64,000 nt of DNA, taken from Monocercomonoides exilis PA203. Lineage: Eukaryota; Protista; Preaxostyla. Below, piece after piece: positions 39,001 to 49,303 of the stretch (positions are counted from its first letter, which is position 1; the number at the start of each line of letters is the position of its first letter). Below the pieces are notes generated by a model. That model was not told where the DNA came from, made no database searches, and was given only the letters and a program-made list of their open reading frames with translations. The position numbers were made by a program, and so were the translations under genes. The stretch is taken from the NCBI GenBank assembly GCA_001643675.2, contig LSRY02000033.1, positions 186,001 through 250,000 of the forward strand, read 5' to 3'.

Positions 39001-42000
39001 TTCAGTTTCTTTTTCCTGGCTCACACTTTCGAATGAACAATTTTTCATTGTGGTTTGAGATGATAAACTGAACATCGCAAGCTCGCAGACAAACATTCTT
39101 ACACAAACATCTGAAAGTTCAACTGATCCTCCGTTTGATGACACAAATGTGGATTTTATTTTCATTTCATTTGAAATCCCGTTAAGTGTGCAATTACATA
39201 TTTTTAGTTTAGACCGTACTCCGATATTTAATATCATTGCCAGTTGCTCATTGGAAATCAGAGCTAATTGATCGAATGCTATCCATTCAAATTTTAAAAT
39301 ATCACTATTTTGAAAAATAGCTTTTCTAGCACCCGTATTTATTCCTTCAGAAAATACTATTGAAGCAAATTTATCAACATCATCTGATTTTATGAAGCAG
39401 CAAGACACGTCAAAAGAGTCTTTAATCATGCATGATTGTTTAATTCGTATTTCCTTTGAAGATATATCAGTTTTCAAATTCTTGAATCCTCTCCAAAAAG
39501 TCCTGCAAGGATATTCACTCTTCCCACATCCTATAATATCATATCCATCTGGCGATATAAATGAGGTCTCCAACTCACCTTGAATTAGAAAAAGAAGTAA
39601 ATCTATTGACTTATCAAACATTAGTGTGTCCATCCCTTTCATATCTACAGCTGCTGTCCCAATTTCGTTTTCAAGAAGAATATCAAACCGTTCTTTTGTC
39701 ACAGTACTGTTAAGATCGAAGCATGCCAAAAATATGTCATTTCCTTCAATTGCTTCATTTTGTGAGAATCTCACCTCTTGAAACGAGAAAAATGGAGTGG
39801 AATCTCCTTGAAGATTTAAAAAGATTCCTCCTCCTTTGCTGTTAGATTTAATTGCAGAGCATTTGCATATTGAACAGTTCTGAATGCTCATTTCACCATT
39901 TTCTATTAATGAACATTTCAGAGCTCCACCGTCATCATGTGATGCGCAATCAACAAAACTACACTGATTTTTCACATTCATTTTCGACAATTCACCACAA
40001 TCCAAAATACATCCACTTGAAGAAATATGCTCAATGGTTGCGTTGATGATTGAGAAAGATCCACGTTTCAGCATTGCAACCCCTTTTCCTTCAAAAAACT
40101 CAATATAACTCACTTCAACGTTATCAAACTGCGTTGAACCTCCGCATCCACGAATAAGCATCATGTTTGTGTGAATAGGAGCATCTGTGCTTCCGCAGAA
40201 AATGCATTTCACAAAGTACACTGTTCCAACTCTCACCGAAACAAGCTCCTCAAACGAAGAAGAGACAGGGAGTGAAAATCTGATTCTTTCGATAGTTATC
40301 CTAGAGAGATCTGTCCCAACTTCCATTACCAGATGCCCAAATTCCCCCACAGTCAATGAACTTCCATTCTCTCCCTTTCCAGAAATCGTCATGGGGTTTG
40401 TCTCTCTAACGATTTCTCCATCCAGTTTGCATGATTCGATTACTGCAAGTGTGTCTTTTTCACCAATCATTTTTTCAAACCCATATGAAAGTTCATAGCA
40501 AGGCATATCTTCTGTACCACATTCGTTTTTGAACCCTTGCTCTGTGTTGACATATATAATGCTGTCTGGATGCCCAAACAAGTATTTCATAATAGTGTCA
40601 TTTCCTGAGGGAAATTCGGGGTCAATTGCCCAAAGAGTTTTGTCATCTTGCTCTTCCTCTGCCGAGCCTGTCCATTTGTTCTTGTCAACAGCTAGCCTTG
40701 GTGTGGGGCACACCAAATACACGTCATATCCTAGATATGCATCGTTTCCGATAAATTTATTCTCTCGCATTGTATAGTCCACGTTTGCTGATTGAAAAGT
40801 CAAGTGAAGTCCTCCTCCAAGTCCATTTATTTTATTCACTTTACACGACTCAACAGAGTTTTTTTCAAAAACAAGCACTCCTCCTTCATAAATATTCGCC
40901 AAAAATGCGCCTCCTTTCGTATTTGCAGAAAGGCATGCAATTGTGGAAAATGAACATTCAGTGAGCTCCATTCTATTTCCGCTCCCAACTTCACAAACAA
41001 TCACAGCTCCACTTTCAGTTTCTCTTGTTAAAAGAGAAAAATTAGTTTTTTTAACTGTCAAAGTTGAAAGCTGATCAACAGTTAAAACTCCATGGTTTCC
41101 GAATGGCTGCGGACCGGATATTTTCGAATATATCATTTCCACATATGCTCCGTCTGTAACTTGAATTAGCCCTTGTCTTCCATCTTTTTGCACGTTATTC
41201 AACTCAAGTCCATTCAGTATTGAGATTGATTCTCTTCCTTGCACTTTAATCGCAGATGCTTCGCAAAACTCGAACAGCGATAATCTGCAATTAATTAAAA
41301 TTAACTGGCCTCCTACGCATGCGGCGAAACAGATTGTTGATTCACTTGTTGCTGATTTCATTGAGCAATCTGTCAGAGTCAAAATCCCTTTTGAACACAG
41401 CAAGAGGCTTTTCCTCTGAGCATGCGCGAATGATTGAGGAACAGAAAATGAAATTCCATTGACAGATGTTCTATTTCGTGTTTCAATCAGACCATCTCCT
41501 CCGCATTCCCCTTCTGAACTCACAGCAATCTCTGTCCCTTCAGTTCTCACTCTAATATTTGCATCAAACATTTCAAGCACGAGCACTTCTTCAAATACAA
41601 ACGAAGAATGCAGGACAATATTCGAAGTCAATGTGTTTTCTGCAAACCTCAATGAAATAAGGAAGGGAATTGTTCGACAGGGGTAATTTTCAAATCCGCA
41701 TCCACTATGATCAAATCCAAGATCTCCTTTTCCTCCCACATATCCTTCATTTCCAAACTCTTGGAAATACAACTCCAATGGAATGGGTAACTGCTCATCT
41801 GTTGTAAGTTTTTCATAACCCATGAAATACGTCGAATCCATGTTATCAAAAGTGAATTTGAAAGCAGATGTTGTAATGAGATTGTATAGAATATTTCCAT
41901 ATACGAATATGTTGTGCCCTCTCCAAGCATTGCATGACAAAAAATTAAGCTTGTCTAACTCAAGAGCACAGCTATCATCCAAAAACTTTATGAATAATCC

Positions 42001-45000
42001 ACCTCCAAGACCTTTCCCGTTATCTTCATTATCAGATTCAGGAACAGTGCAGCCATTAAGATATGTCTCTAAAATAGATAATTTTCCTCCATTAAAAAGG
42101 GACATCATCATTCCACCTCCTTTTAAACCCTTTCCTGTGTAACAAGAAGAGGAAAATGAACAGTTAATTATTTGCACAAATGGTTCATTCCCCACGAGTT
42201 CATTCATCAGAATGCATCCGCCATCTCCATTTGCTCGATTTAATCCAGAATAAGTACTGTTTGAAATCATTGCACTGTGAACAGAATCAAAGGTTATAAA
42301 AGAGAATGCATTAAAAAGTACTGCAGGATCTACTGTTATCTCCTTCATTTCAATGTCACCCTCCTTCACCTCAATTGCACAGTATTCGATAGTTGCGCCC
42401 GAATATTCTGATGAAAAAGCAAAGCAACAACAAGTTAGTGATATAAAAACAGAAGAAGAAATAAAGTTTGTGTGCAGTTCCTGGATTGATTCGGGCAAAT
42501 CAAATGTTAGATTTGAAATAACAAAGTTCTGTGAACAATCAATAAGAGTATTCTTTGTTTCTGCTCCTTCATCAGCAACTGTCACATGAATGCTTTCCGC
42601 AGTTGACGATAATGAAACTTGGAATAATGTGATTGAAATTTCATCGTTAATGATTGAAGATGCAACAATTATCATTTGATTCACGTTTGCTGATAATTTT
42701 TGTTTTGCACAGAAATCCACTGACAAACATGGAAATGAAGCAAATCCACAGTGAGAATGATCAATTCCAAAACCCCCATCAATAATTACAGTTGTTTGAA
42801 GTGAACATAAAAACACATGAAGTGGAATCAATGGGCTTTCTCTTCCATCTTCAATTCCAGTCATTTCGAAAATGTCCATCGGCTCACAGATAACATCAAA
42901 GAAACTTAGAGAGCTGACGTTGATTTTATCTTTCAAGAATAATCCACTTCCACACGAAACAAAAACATTTTTTCCAACAAATGCCTCGTTTGGTATAGAT
43001 TCAGAAAAGTTCACTCTTGATCCAATGGAAAAAGTGGAAGACACTTCATTCACCGTAATCATTATTCCTCCTCCTTTTCCTTTATTTTCTTCTAAAGAAG
43101 GGGCGCAACATTTTTCAAAAGCACTTGTACTGTTGATTATCAACTTTTCTTCACCGTTCAATTCAGCAAAAACTCCTCCACCGCAAGAACCTTCTTCTTC
43201 CACGCTGCAGTTACAAAACATGCTTGCATCAATAACAAATTCTCTTCTCCTTTCGGAATCACCTCCACTTCCACAAACTTCAATACATCCTCCATTTCCT
43301 ACTTTTCTTTTCAATCCACCAAACATACACAAAGAACATTCAAGAGAGCATTGATTACAGATTGAAATTAACGCATATTGATTCATAGTCAAGCAACCGC
43401 TTTGTTCAAAAGAACTTAGCTTGATCTTTCCTCCAATGCCTGTTATAAAGGAGTATTGAATCAAATAGTTTGCGCTGCTCGACAGAGGGATGACTGAGCA
43501 ATCAACAATGTGAATTTCATTAGCCATGCAAGTGATAAATGCGACTGACATATCTGACAGAGAAGAACAAAGAACAAAGGAAATGTTTGTGATTGTTGTT
43601 TTCTTGCTCACGGTAATCATTCCATTTTCAAGAGCATTCTCGTTTGATGAAACTTTCACTTTGTTTCCCTTTACTCCTGAATGAATATTCCATTCAAATC
43701 CATTCATTTCAACAATCTCATTCCACACAAATTCTTCGTTCAGCAAAATGTCGCGCTTCACCTGTTTGAATCTCAAGTTTACTGCAAAACAAATTGTTGA
43801 GCAGGGATAACCACTGAACCCACATTGATCGAAATTCAAACTGTTAGATCCACCCACATAAGCAGGCGAAGGGTGGAAAGGCATCAAATAGAAAGATAAA
43901 GGAATTGGATAGTTATTGATTTCACAATTGAATCCCATTGCTTCGTCATCTTTGTTCCTATCAAGTGATATGCAAGACACAAAATGTGAGCTGTCAACCA
44001 CTTTTGTTAAACTTATTGCGCTCAAAAAAATATTCCTTCCCTTCCAAGCACTGTTGGATGAACCAAATTCCACTTCGTCAAGTACAAAATCTGTGGCCTC
44101 GGTATCAAGCTCCAAATATATTCCACCACCTTTTCCTTTCAAAGTTGCATCTGTAGGAGTTACACATTTATCAAAAATTGCTTTGCTCTCATTACCAATA
44201 TTCATTAAACTTCCCTCACATAACTTGACATAAATCCCACCTCCGTTTCCATTTAAAAGTTGGCACCTATTAACAGTAATATTGTTTACAGATAATATTT
44301 GAAGTTCTTCAAGGTTGCATTCGATAATGCTTCCACTTCCACTTTCCCTGATTATGGCATCGAAATTTACAGATTCCATTCTCAAGCACTTTGGTTCTGA
44401 GAATTGAAAGCATGGACATGCTTCAAATTTCATTTCTTTAAAAATGCAATCTTTCAGAATAGTTCTTCCGCTTGATGCAATCACAACACTTGTGGACAGC
44501 TTTGCTGCGTTTATCATCGAAGAAGGGTTTGTGATGACGCAGGAACAAATATTGCATTTTCCTTCACTCACATGAAATAATGTCGATGAAAATGAAGACG
44601 AACATATCTCAGGAATAAATGTGAAATCTGTAATATTTAAAGAACCGCAGCCAACAATGAACAAGCTATTTCCAACTGAAATTTTATCCATTTTCAAAAT
44701 AGTTCTCTCCTTCATCTCTCCGTAGATTTCCACAGATTTCACTCCAATGTTCAAAGGGCCTTCAATATATTCTCCTCGTTTCACATATATCGGGGATTTT
44801 CGAAAAGAGTCTCCCAATTTACCAACAACAAAACCAAGTGTTTTGCATTCACGTGCCGCATGTCCACACATCGAAAACTCATCGTCTCCATATTCAGAAG
44901 AAATGAAAGTCTCATTAAAACTTGAGGGCGAAGGAATCCACTCACTTTTATCTCCATAGCCAGGTCGATTAATGAGCAAAATTATTCCATTCATGTTGTA

Positions 45001-46512
45001 AGAATAACATTTCACAAAATTTCCTTGAACAATTTTTCCAATGAAAGTTTGATCAATATTCCATCCGCTGCATCCTTGCTTATCTTGATTCGATTCCCAA
45101 AAATGAAACTTAAGAATTATTTCAAATGTTTCTTTTCCATATGTTGAAAGCATAACTCCAGAATGTGTCCCTGCGGCATTTCCTCTGAATAAACAATTTG
45201 ACAAAACAGACACAATAAAGTTTCCTCCACTCAAAAACATTGCACCTCCATGATTTACAGCTTTATTGTTTAAAAAAACTGCATCTGATAAATATGTGCC
45301 ATTCAATTGAGGCTGATAATCAATTCCACCATAATGCTGTCCGGATCCGTTTTCAAATCGGCAATGATCAAATGCGAGAGAAAGAGATGCGCATGCTGTT
45401 CCAGTATATCCGCAAACGCAGTTGGTAAAGTTGCATTCGCCTGTAAAAGACAATGCACTTGAAGCAACGAACATGGCTCCTCCATTGCCTTTTCCGCTGT
45501 TGTTTGAAGCACCAATTTGACATCTATCGAATAAACATCGTTTAATTGTGCAAGAAGCATTGCCAGATACATATATGGCACCTCCTCTTTCCTCCTCTGA
45601 GGAATTTATTGATATTAAAGGGCAATCACTGATCTCAATTGCTCCTGTGCTGTAAGTTTTTCTCCCAGTTGGGCAATTTCCGCTACAATTGTCAAATGTT
45701 GAGTTTTGAACTCTCATTCTTCTTATTCCGTCTGTCGGGAAAAGTATTCCATCCAAGCCATTCGCAACATTTACGAAAAGGCAATTCCCAATAAAGCCTT
45801 CCTGAACGTGGCGAATCACTCTTGCTTCGTTTTTTACCTCCCATGAAATATTACTAAAGATACAATTCCTTACATAACTCGATAAAATGCAGCCATCACA
45901 CAGTAAATGCGATTGCGTTGAAACGCTCATACTGTGGAGATGCGAATTCTGAACGTAGCACGTGGACCCAAAAGAACACATTGCAAAAGAAAAAGTCTCA
46001 TGATTTTCAAAAAATCTTTCACACATAACACAAGAAATATTATTCACTATTATAGTTCCCATGGAGTTAACGAAAAAAAAACCCAAATGCTGACTTTGAA
46101 CAATTATCGAGTTCTGGACCACTAATTCCGAATTTTTTCCAACAATATTATTTGACAGATTTTTTGTATTGAAGAAAGTAAGTAAATTCAACGATACAGA
46201 TGCATTGAGGAGATATATTCGTGAATCAAAGTTTGTTGTTGTAATTTCATTATCCTCCATTTTACCATCATAATGTGTTTTTTGAACCAATGTACAATTT
46301 CTTCTACAATTCTTTTGGATTGAATATCTTTCACAATCATATTTTCTGATTTCATTTGTCATCCATCTTTTGTGAGGTTTCTGTTTGGAGTGAAAATTCA
46401 ACTCTATGTTTGAACCTTTTATCGAGAATGAAGACGAAATCAAATGTGCTTGCAAAATCAAAATTAGAGTGTTTGAAAATCGAAACCAGTGAATAGTTTT
46501 CTTATTCTTCAT
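34603..46512 (-). CDS. Giant single-pass surface receptor: parallel beta-helix (pectin lyase/Pmp-like) ectodomain with 8 Cys-capped modules, TM helix and TK/TKL-like pseudokinase, ~3969 aa
   Basis: Intronless ORF; the first ATG at 46512 gives a signal-like MKNKK...LILILQAHLISS. GGA(I/M), GGG(I/L)(Y/F) and F..N.A motifs recur, with 8 G.D...CG....PC caps. TM segment IWPIIVIILAVLFLIILVVAVVLAV; kinase C-lobe WKAPE...FSIGMMLWECLTLQIPF...GERP...RPT. Confidence 0.85.
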   Translation of the reverse strand: MKNKKTIHWFRFSNTLILILQAHLISSSFSIKGSNIELNFHSKQKPHKRWMTNEIRKYDCERYSIQKNCRRNCTLVQKTHYDGKMEDNEITTTNFDSRIYLLNASVSLNLLTFFNTKNLSNNIVGKNSELVVQNSIIVQSQHLGFFFVNSMGTIIVNNISCVMCERFFENHETFSFAMCSFGSTCYVQNSHLHSMSVSTQSHLLCDGCILSSYVRNCIFSNISWEVKNEARVIRHVQEGFIGNCLFVNVANGLDGILFPTDGIRRMRVQNSTFDNCSGNCPTGRKTYSTGAIEISDCPLISINSSEEERGGAIYVSGNASCTIKRCLFDRCQIGASNNSGKGNGGAMFVASSALSFTGECNFTNCVCGYTGTACASLSLAFDHCRFENGSGQHYGGIDYQPQLNGTYLSDAVFLNNKAVNHGGAMFLSGGNFIVSVLSNCLFRGNAAGTHSGVMLSTYGKETFEIILKFHFWESNQDKQGCSGWNIDQTFIGKIVQGNFVKCYSYNMNGIILLINRPGYGDKSEWIPSPSSFNETFISSEYGDDEFSMCGHAARECKTLGFVVGKLGDSFRKSPIYVKRGEYIEGPLNIGVKSVEIYGEMKERTILKMDKISVGNSLFIVGCGSLNITDFTFIPEICSSSFSSTLFHVSEGKCNICSCVITNPSSMINAAKLSTSVVIASSGRTILKDCIFKEMKFEACPCFQFSEPKCLRMESVNFDAIIRESGSGSIIECNLEELQILSVNNITVNRCQLLNGNGGGIYVKLCEGSLMNIGNESKAIFDKCVTPTDATLKGKGGGIYLELDTEATDFVLDEVEFGSSNSAWKGRNIFLSAISLTKVVDSSHFVSCISLDRNKDDEAMGFNCEINNYPIPLSFYLMPFHPSPAYVGGSNSLNFDQCGFSGYPCSTICFAVNLRFKQVKRDILLNEEFVWNEIVEMNGFEWNIHSGVKGNKVKVSSNENALENGMITVSKKTTITNISFVLCSSLSDMSVAFITCMANEIHIVDCSVIPLSSSANYLIQYSFITGIGGKIKLSSFEQSGCLTMNQYALISICNQCSLECSLCMFGGLKRKVGNGGCIEVCGSGGDSERRREFVIDASMFCNCSVEEEGSCGGGVFAELNGEEKLIINSTSAFEKCCAPSLEENKGKGGGIMITVNEVSSTFSIGSRVNFSESIPNEAFVGKNVFVSCGSGLFLKDKINVSSLSFFDVICEPMDIFEMTGIEDGRESPLIPLHVFLCSLQTTVIIDGGFGIDHSHCGFASFPCLSVDFCAKQKLSANVNQMIIVASSIINDEISITLFQVSLSSTAESIHVTVADEGAETKNTLIDCSQNFVISNLTFDLPESIQELHTNFISSSVFISLTCCCFAFSSEYSGATIEYCAIEVKEGDIEMKEITVDPAVLFNAFSFITFDSVHSAMISNSTYSGLNRANGDGGCILMNELVGNEPFVQIINCSFSSSCYTGKGLKGGGMMMSLFNGGKLSILETYLNGCTVPESDNEDNGKGLGGGLFIKFLDDSCALELDKLNFLSCNAWRGHNIFVYGNILYNLITTSAFKFTFDNMDSTYFMGYEKLTTDEQLPIPLELYFQEFGNEGYVGGKGDLGFDHSGCGFENYPCRTIPFLISLRFAENTLTSNIVLHSSFVFEEVLVLEMFDANIRVRTEGTEIAVSSEGECGGDGLIETRNRTSVNGISFSVPQSFAHAQRKSLLLCSKGILTLTDCSMKSATSESTICFAACVGGQLILINCRLSLFEFCEASAIKVQGRESISILNGLELNNVQKDGRQGLIQVTDGAYVEMIYSKISGPQPFGNHGVLTVDQLSTLTVKKTNFSLLTRETESGAVIVCEVGSGNRMELTECSFSTIACLSANTKGGAFLANIYEGGVLVFEKNSVESCKVNKINGLGGGLHLTFQSANVDYTMRENKFIGNDAYLGYDVYLVCPTPRLAVDKNKWTGSAEEEQDDKTLWAIDPEFPSGNDTIMKYLFGHPDSIIYVNTEQGFKNECGTEDMPCYELSYGFEKMIGEKDTLAVIESCKLDGEIVRETNPMTISGKGENGSSLTVGEFGHLVMEVGTDLSRITIERIRFSLPVSSSFEELVSVRVGTVYFVKCIFCGSTDAPIHTNMMLIRGCGGSTQFDNVEVSYIEFFEGKGVAMLKRGSFSIINATIEHISSSGCILDCGELSKMNVKNQCSFVDCASHDDGGALKCSLIENGEMSIQNCSICKCSAIKSNSKGGGIFLNLQGDSTPFFSFQEVRFSQNEAIEGNDIFLACFDLNSTVTKERFDILLENEIGTAAVDMKGMDTLMFDKSIDLLLFLIQGELETSFISPDGYDIIGCGKSEYPCRTFWRGFKNLKTDISSKEIRIKQSCMIKDSFDVSCCFIKSDDVDKFASIVFSEGINTGARKAIFQNSDILKFEWIAFDQLALISNEQLAMILNIGVRSKLKICNCTLNGISNEMKIKSTFVSSNGGSVELSDVCVRMFVCELAMFSLSSQTTMKNCSFESVSQEKETEGGVVQSILEDGEELLLDKVQASTCACTTPNGKGGFMNLNCSLAVNKNPFLLKSTYFSSNNATLGKNMFIASFNLNSSITLSTFAFDFDEMKDDRNLFVGSDKNICDTDLFRFLVEYKNETVFISSTGYDVARCGSNEDPCKTLWKGLRQSSDVLSSGDKIIFVILSAFVRESFDLSGYVIESATSVSEEYQKKSIVKVERKQDGENVVIKNQRNFTIRMIALVAEEAFMNEVGSIILNENGIVKLEDCCFETRGTVENNRYFSFVLIEKGELQALKLLLSQGCLGKSIIRLERGCICDVNEFGIVWTEISEECVISFYEGNKANEEAKTLLRITNSSVNSLSGRNSIPCVIKSNSASQVGVEINNTTLEMCKASASVKGGVGFINLDHGGDFSMRHCKVIQCGCNNDEGRGGGLYLATDENGTMNFVLQNSTFKGNNAKIGNDIFIECVSIFDQINETQFRMDLRDGAFNRINAIWGVDRNANSPVDLMDYITVHQADTIIVSSASGKLGRNERQCGTRDLPCLSLDYALTHLTSDLESRLLIDTEGLIAKEMQLVDVALTSRSGNGCTIFILNGIEMLYESLIQVYGNVSMSGSNFPFNKTFSSTHQYLISVESELLTLKKCSLFAQKETDNEPLPLCLTLLCVRNGWLVISEFVVGDFCFSSSPIIRISPKISHVIAEKLKMNNIILRNGSAIQFNESFSYEKHEREEASSSFQISASTFENITQLSERAIVIEAEFSTGEINLVNCSSKECVGEHIQGSVASFGMCREVVVELCTFDGKIYEHGINETNEKFNEICGWNSSMIEFCKTSAHIKDTILSNSSHGAMLIKGGELKVEKVEFSNNNPRIEIYPSFRRNLACTDNASVALLSIKGGDGLFPNSSMWILNDGCDVSGIASERLSSFFIPELKSIEMEEMGTELSVKFKGKLLLPCNLSFMVVKQIVDEKQIEKHGFGESGYVSETEVEGRLSKETIIEAGEGVEVSVCILFGNADSPSATDSFILKNRSETDPKGEGNLVEGGKEGKSIWPIIVIILAVLFLIILVVAVVLAVRWKKAKNEAEDLREIVNDNIRKDPKAFEMVTMEMSPEEQWRRAEREAEKKNDERIKKRVYDKTLGHSESSEHLLSESGSTEYILGRDSDKIPDWALEKADEKEEEIRERTPSPSISSTSTTDSDSTFVRSECLCPTTSSMSNLVDAMACSSPHEKLIVDLRDSLFMLLHGRNAKKEMVIGTLQEREQTAAQILFWVANLALHSFENEEDELSSLANLSPHIVLFSEHMVICIVMHSDLLSDDSSSSISSSTVVTSASDDDDDSLPSSAFEDDEDNRKECLKWKAPELLINKKMDATKESVAFSIGMMLWECLTLQIPFGEYEAEVAGQKIVNGERPSVEIIGESSLKGCVISSFATCPSARPTLTDTKRVFIERFPADAVVLTMSDAVDIEQLSDRADASGRSIESDNSSTLIS

Positions 46513-46827
46513 CTCAACTCTTAATAATAATGGTTGCAAGCTTTAATTTATCAAATATAAATAAATCATTTTTGTTAATTTTCACGCTTATTCAATGTTT
46601 TTGTAATAAAAAAAATTATTGCAATTATATATTTAGTGGTTTTCTTTTGTTTTTATAAAATTCTGAAAAAAATAATTAATGAATCATATTTTCATTTTTA
46701 TTACATAAATTTGAGTAGAAATAAATTAACGCTCATTTCTAAAATATTCTACAGTTTATTATCGTATGTTGAAAACGAAATCAAAGTAATTTCCCATAAT
46801 ATTTATATCATTATAGTATTTGATTTT
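46513..46827. promoter_or_regulatory. Short AT-rich divergent (putative bidirectional) promoter region
   Basis: 315 bp between the head-to-head ATGs of the receptor (46512, minus) and the nucleoside hydrolase (46828, plus). No specific motif was identified. Confidence 0.35.
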
Positions 46828-48531
46828 ATGAAAAAATCTTCAATATTTCCTCACCTATTGTGTAAATATAAATATGAAAATTGCAAAGTTCCATATGGAT
46901 CAGAAGAATATAAAGTGTCTTCTGAAGAAAAAGCCTTATTGGCATCGTTACCTTGTGCTTCTGTTCAGCCAAAACCCTATCCATGCTACAGAACACCTTG
47001 CAAACTTTTAATAGACACCGACATAGGTACAGATATTGACGATGCTCTTGCACTTATTTATGCGCTCAGAACTCCAGAAATTGAAGTTATTGGAATTACA
47101 ACAAATTATGCTGTTTCAACAATTAGAGCTGCAGTTGCTCAAAAGATATGTGAAGCTCATTGCAGAGAGCGTGGATTGCATAGAGGAATTCCTGTCGTTG
47201 TTGGTTCTTCGCGACCAATGGGCACTCATCGGAATTTTTTTATAACTCATCGAGAAGGAACTCCAATTCTTCCAACAGATTTTATACTTAAAAATGGTTT
47301 GAATGAAATGGCAAGCCTTGAACAAAATGATGCCGTTGAATTTATGAAGGCAAGCTTTGAAAGGAGCCCCCGAGAAATAACTCTTGTGTCAATTGGAATA
47401 CCAACAAATATTGGATTATTGTTCACAAAATACCCGAGCGTAATTCCGCTTATCAAGGAGGTTGTAATTATGGGATGCGGTTCAATGTCATCAATTGGCA
47501 CTGGAATTGATTGGCATATGTTTGAGCCTGGATTAAACGATTTATTAATTCAAAGATTGATATCCGGGAATCAGATTGTTTTTAATCCAAATCATAATGT
47601 ATCTGGAGATACGCTTGCTTCGAAAATACTTTTTGGTGCGAAAGGGCTTCGCATTAAAATTGTTCCGCATCATATAACCGCGCAGTTCTGGCTTCATGGC
47701 GATTCAATAGAACACTTGCTAGCATCTGCTTTTATTCAAAACGAAGCGAAAACAGTTTTGTCGTCCGCTGTTCCCGATCAAGCTTCCTCTCCGGAAATAG
47801 CTGCTTCTATAACATCTTCTTCAACTCCTCCTGCAACCTCTGTTGCTCCAGTTGCTTCGACTTCATCGGCAGCCGTATCAAACCCATTTGCTGGTGCAAC
47901 GTCTCTTCTCAGCTCAACTTTTTCTTCTGGATTACCATCGAATCCCCCGCTTGCACCACCCTTTTCTGAGAGCTCGTCGTCTTCCTGTCTGGTAGGTGCA
48001 TTGATGCAGATCTGGTTTAATATTCGTTATCCGCAGAGAGGACAATGCCCGCATGATCCGCTAACAATACACGAGGCGTGCTTTGGAGGACTTCCTGAAA
48101 GTGATAAAGAGAAAGAAAGTCAAATGGACGAGTCGGCATCTCCATCGCAGCCTTCGTCAACTTCATCATCTGCGCCTTCATCGAATTTATCTTCTTCTAC
48201 TTCTCCTTCTTCCCCTTCTTCTGCTTCCCCTTCTTCTTCTTCTTCCTCTTCTTCCTCTACCTCAACCTCAACCTCGACCACTTCATTAACTTCTGAGCCG
48301 TGGTACTGTCGCGAGGATTGCTCGTGTGTGGAGTATGTGCGCGGAAGAATGGTTATCCACGAATGGGCTGCCTTTAGCACCTTTGTGCCTCATCCAGAGG
48401 GAGAGCACTATTTGGGGCTTATTGTTCGAGCACCGCAGGCGACCGACGGCTGCTTCAAAAAAGGCGCAGAGATCGACACTGATAAGACAGGTTTTATGAA
48501 GAGATTGGAAAAGGTAATTTTGGAGCTTTAA
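46828..48531 (+). CDS. Inosine/uridine-preferring nucleoside hydrolase family protein, ~567 aa, with Ser/Pro-rich inserts
   Basis: Ca-binding signature LLIDTDIGTDIDDALAL, EVIGITT, TLVSIGIPTNIG, EVVIMG, NHNVSGD and the C-terminal HDPL. First ATG is at 46828. Intronless. Confidence 0.9.
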   Translation: MKKSSIFPHLLCKYKYENCKVPYGSEEYKVSSEEKALLASLPCASVQPKPYPCYRTPCKLLIDTDIGTDIDDALALIYALRTPEIEVIGITTNYAVSTIRAAVAQKICEAHCRERGLHRGIPVVVGSSRPMGTHRNFFITHREGTPILPTDFILKNGLNEMASLEQNDAVEFMKASFERSPREITLVSIGIPTNIGLLFTKYPSVIPLIKEVVIMGCGSMSSIGTGIDWHMFEPGLNDLLIQRLISGNQIVFNPNHNVSGDTLASKILFGAKGLRIKIVPHHITAQFWLHGDSIEHLLASAFIQNEAKTVLSSAVPDQASSPEIAASITSSSTPPATSVAPVASTSSAAVSNPFAGATSLLSSTFSSGLPSNPPLAPPFSESSSSSCLVGALMQIWFNIRYPQRGQCPHDPLTIHEACFGGLPESDKEKESQMDESASPSQPSSTSSSAPSSNLSSSTSPSSPSSASPSSSSSSSSSTSTSTSTTSLTSEPWYCREDCSCVEYVRGRMVIHEWAAFSTFVPHPEGEHYLGLIVRAPQATDGCFKKGAEIDTDKTGFMKRLEKVILEL

Positions 48532-49106
48532 ATGTCTCAAAGGAATTTTTTTTTAGCTTGAAATGCGGAATTTTTATGATTTCAATGATTGAAGCTATTT
48601 GATCGACTAAAAATGATAATTTCAATTGCAGGATATTGGAATTATATGTATATTTTTTGCAGGTTCAAGGAATGTTATTGATAAATGTCTAGAGTTTTTC
48701 CAATGCTTTTGAGAATTTTTTACAATGGTAGTTGGAATTTTTATTTTACACAAGTTTGTTTCTATCATTGTGGGTATATTTATTTATTTATTATATATAC
48801 AAAAAGCGGTCATTCTTTTTTTTATCACATTTTTATTTTATTTTTCATTTTTTTGGGTAATTTTTTGTTATTCAAAATAATTAATGATTTGTATCTTGAA
48901 GATACACAATAATTCTGTTGTAAAATATAATTTCATCTGAAAAACAACATTTTTTTCTCATTTTTTTTTAAAAATGAAGGAATATCACTGTTTTTGAAGA
49001 TTTTTCTTGATGTTATTTTATTAATTTTTATTATTGAATCTTGGACGAATTACAAACTTTTCTGCTAAAATAATAATCCTTTAAACGATCGATTAACCAT
49101 AAAGCT

Positions 49107-49303
49107 GATCCTTTTTGAAATCATGCTTTCGTTCGAGATTTGATCAAAATTGTTATCTCAATGGGATTTCGAAAAATTGAGTTTAAACTGAAAATACTTA
49201 TTGTTTATGATATTGCGATTGGAAAAACAAATTTTGATTCAAATCCCATTTAAAACAATATTTTGATCAAAACTCGAACGAAAGCATGATTTCAAAAAGG
49301 ATC
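49107..49303. mobile_element. Small palindromic MITE-like element (~200 bp)
   Basis: GATCCTTTTTGAAATCATGCTTTCGTTCGAGATTTGATCAAAAT at 49107 pairs with ATTTTGATCAAAACTCGAACGAAAGCATGATTTCAAAAAGGATC ending at 49303. Pairing continues imperfectly (AATGGGATTT / AAATCCCATT). Confidence 0.75.
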
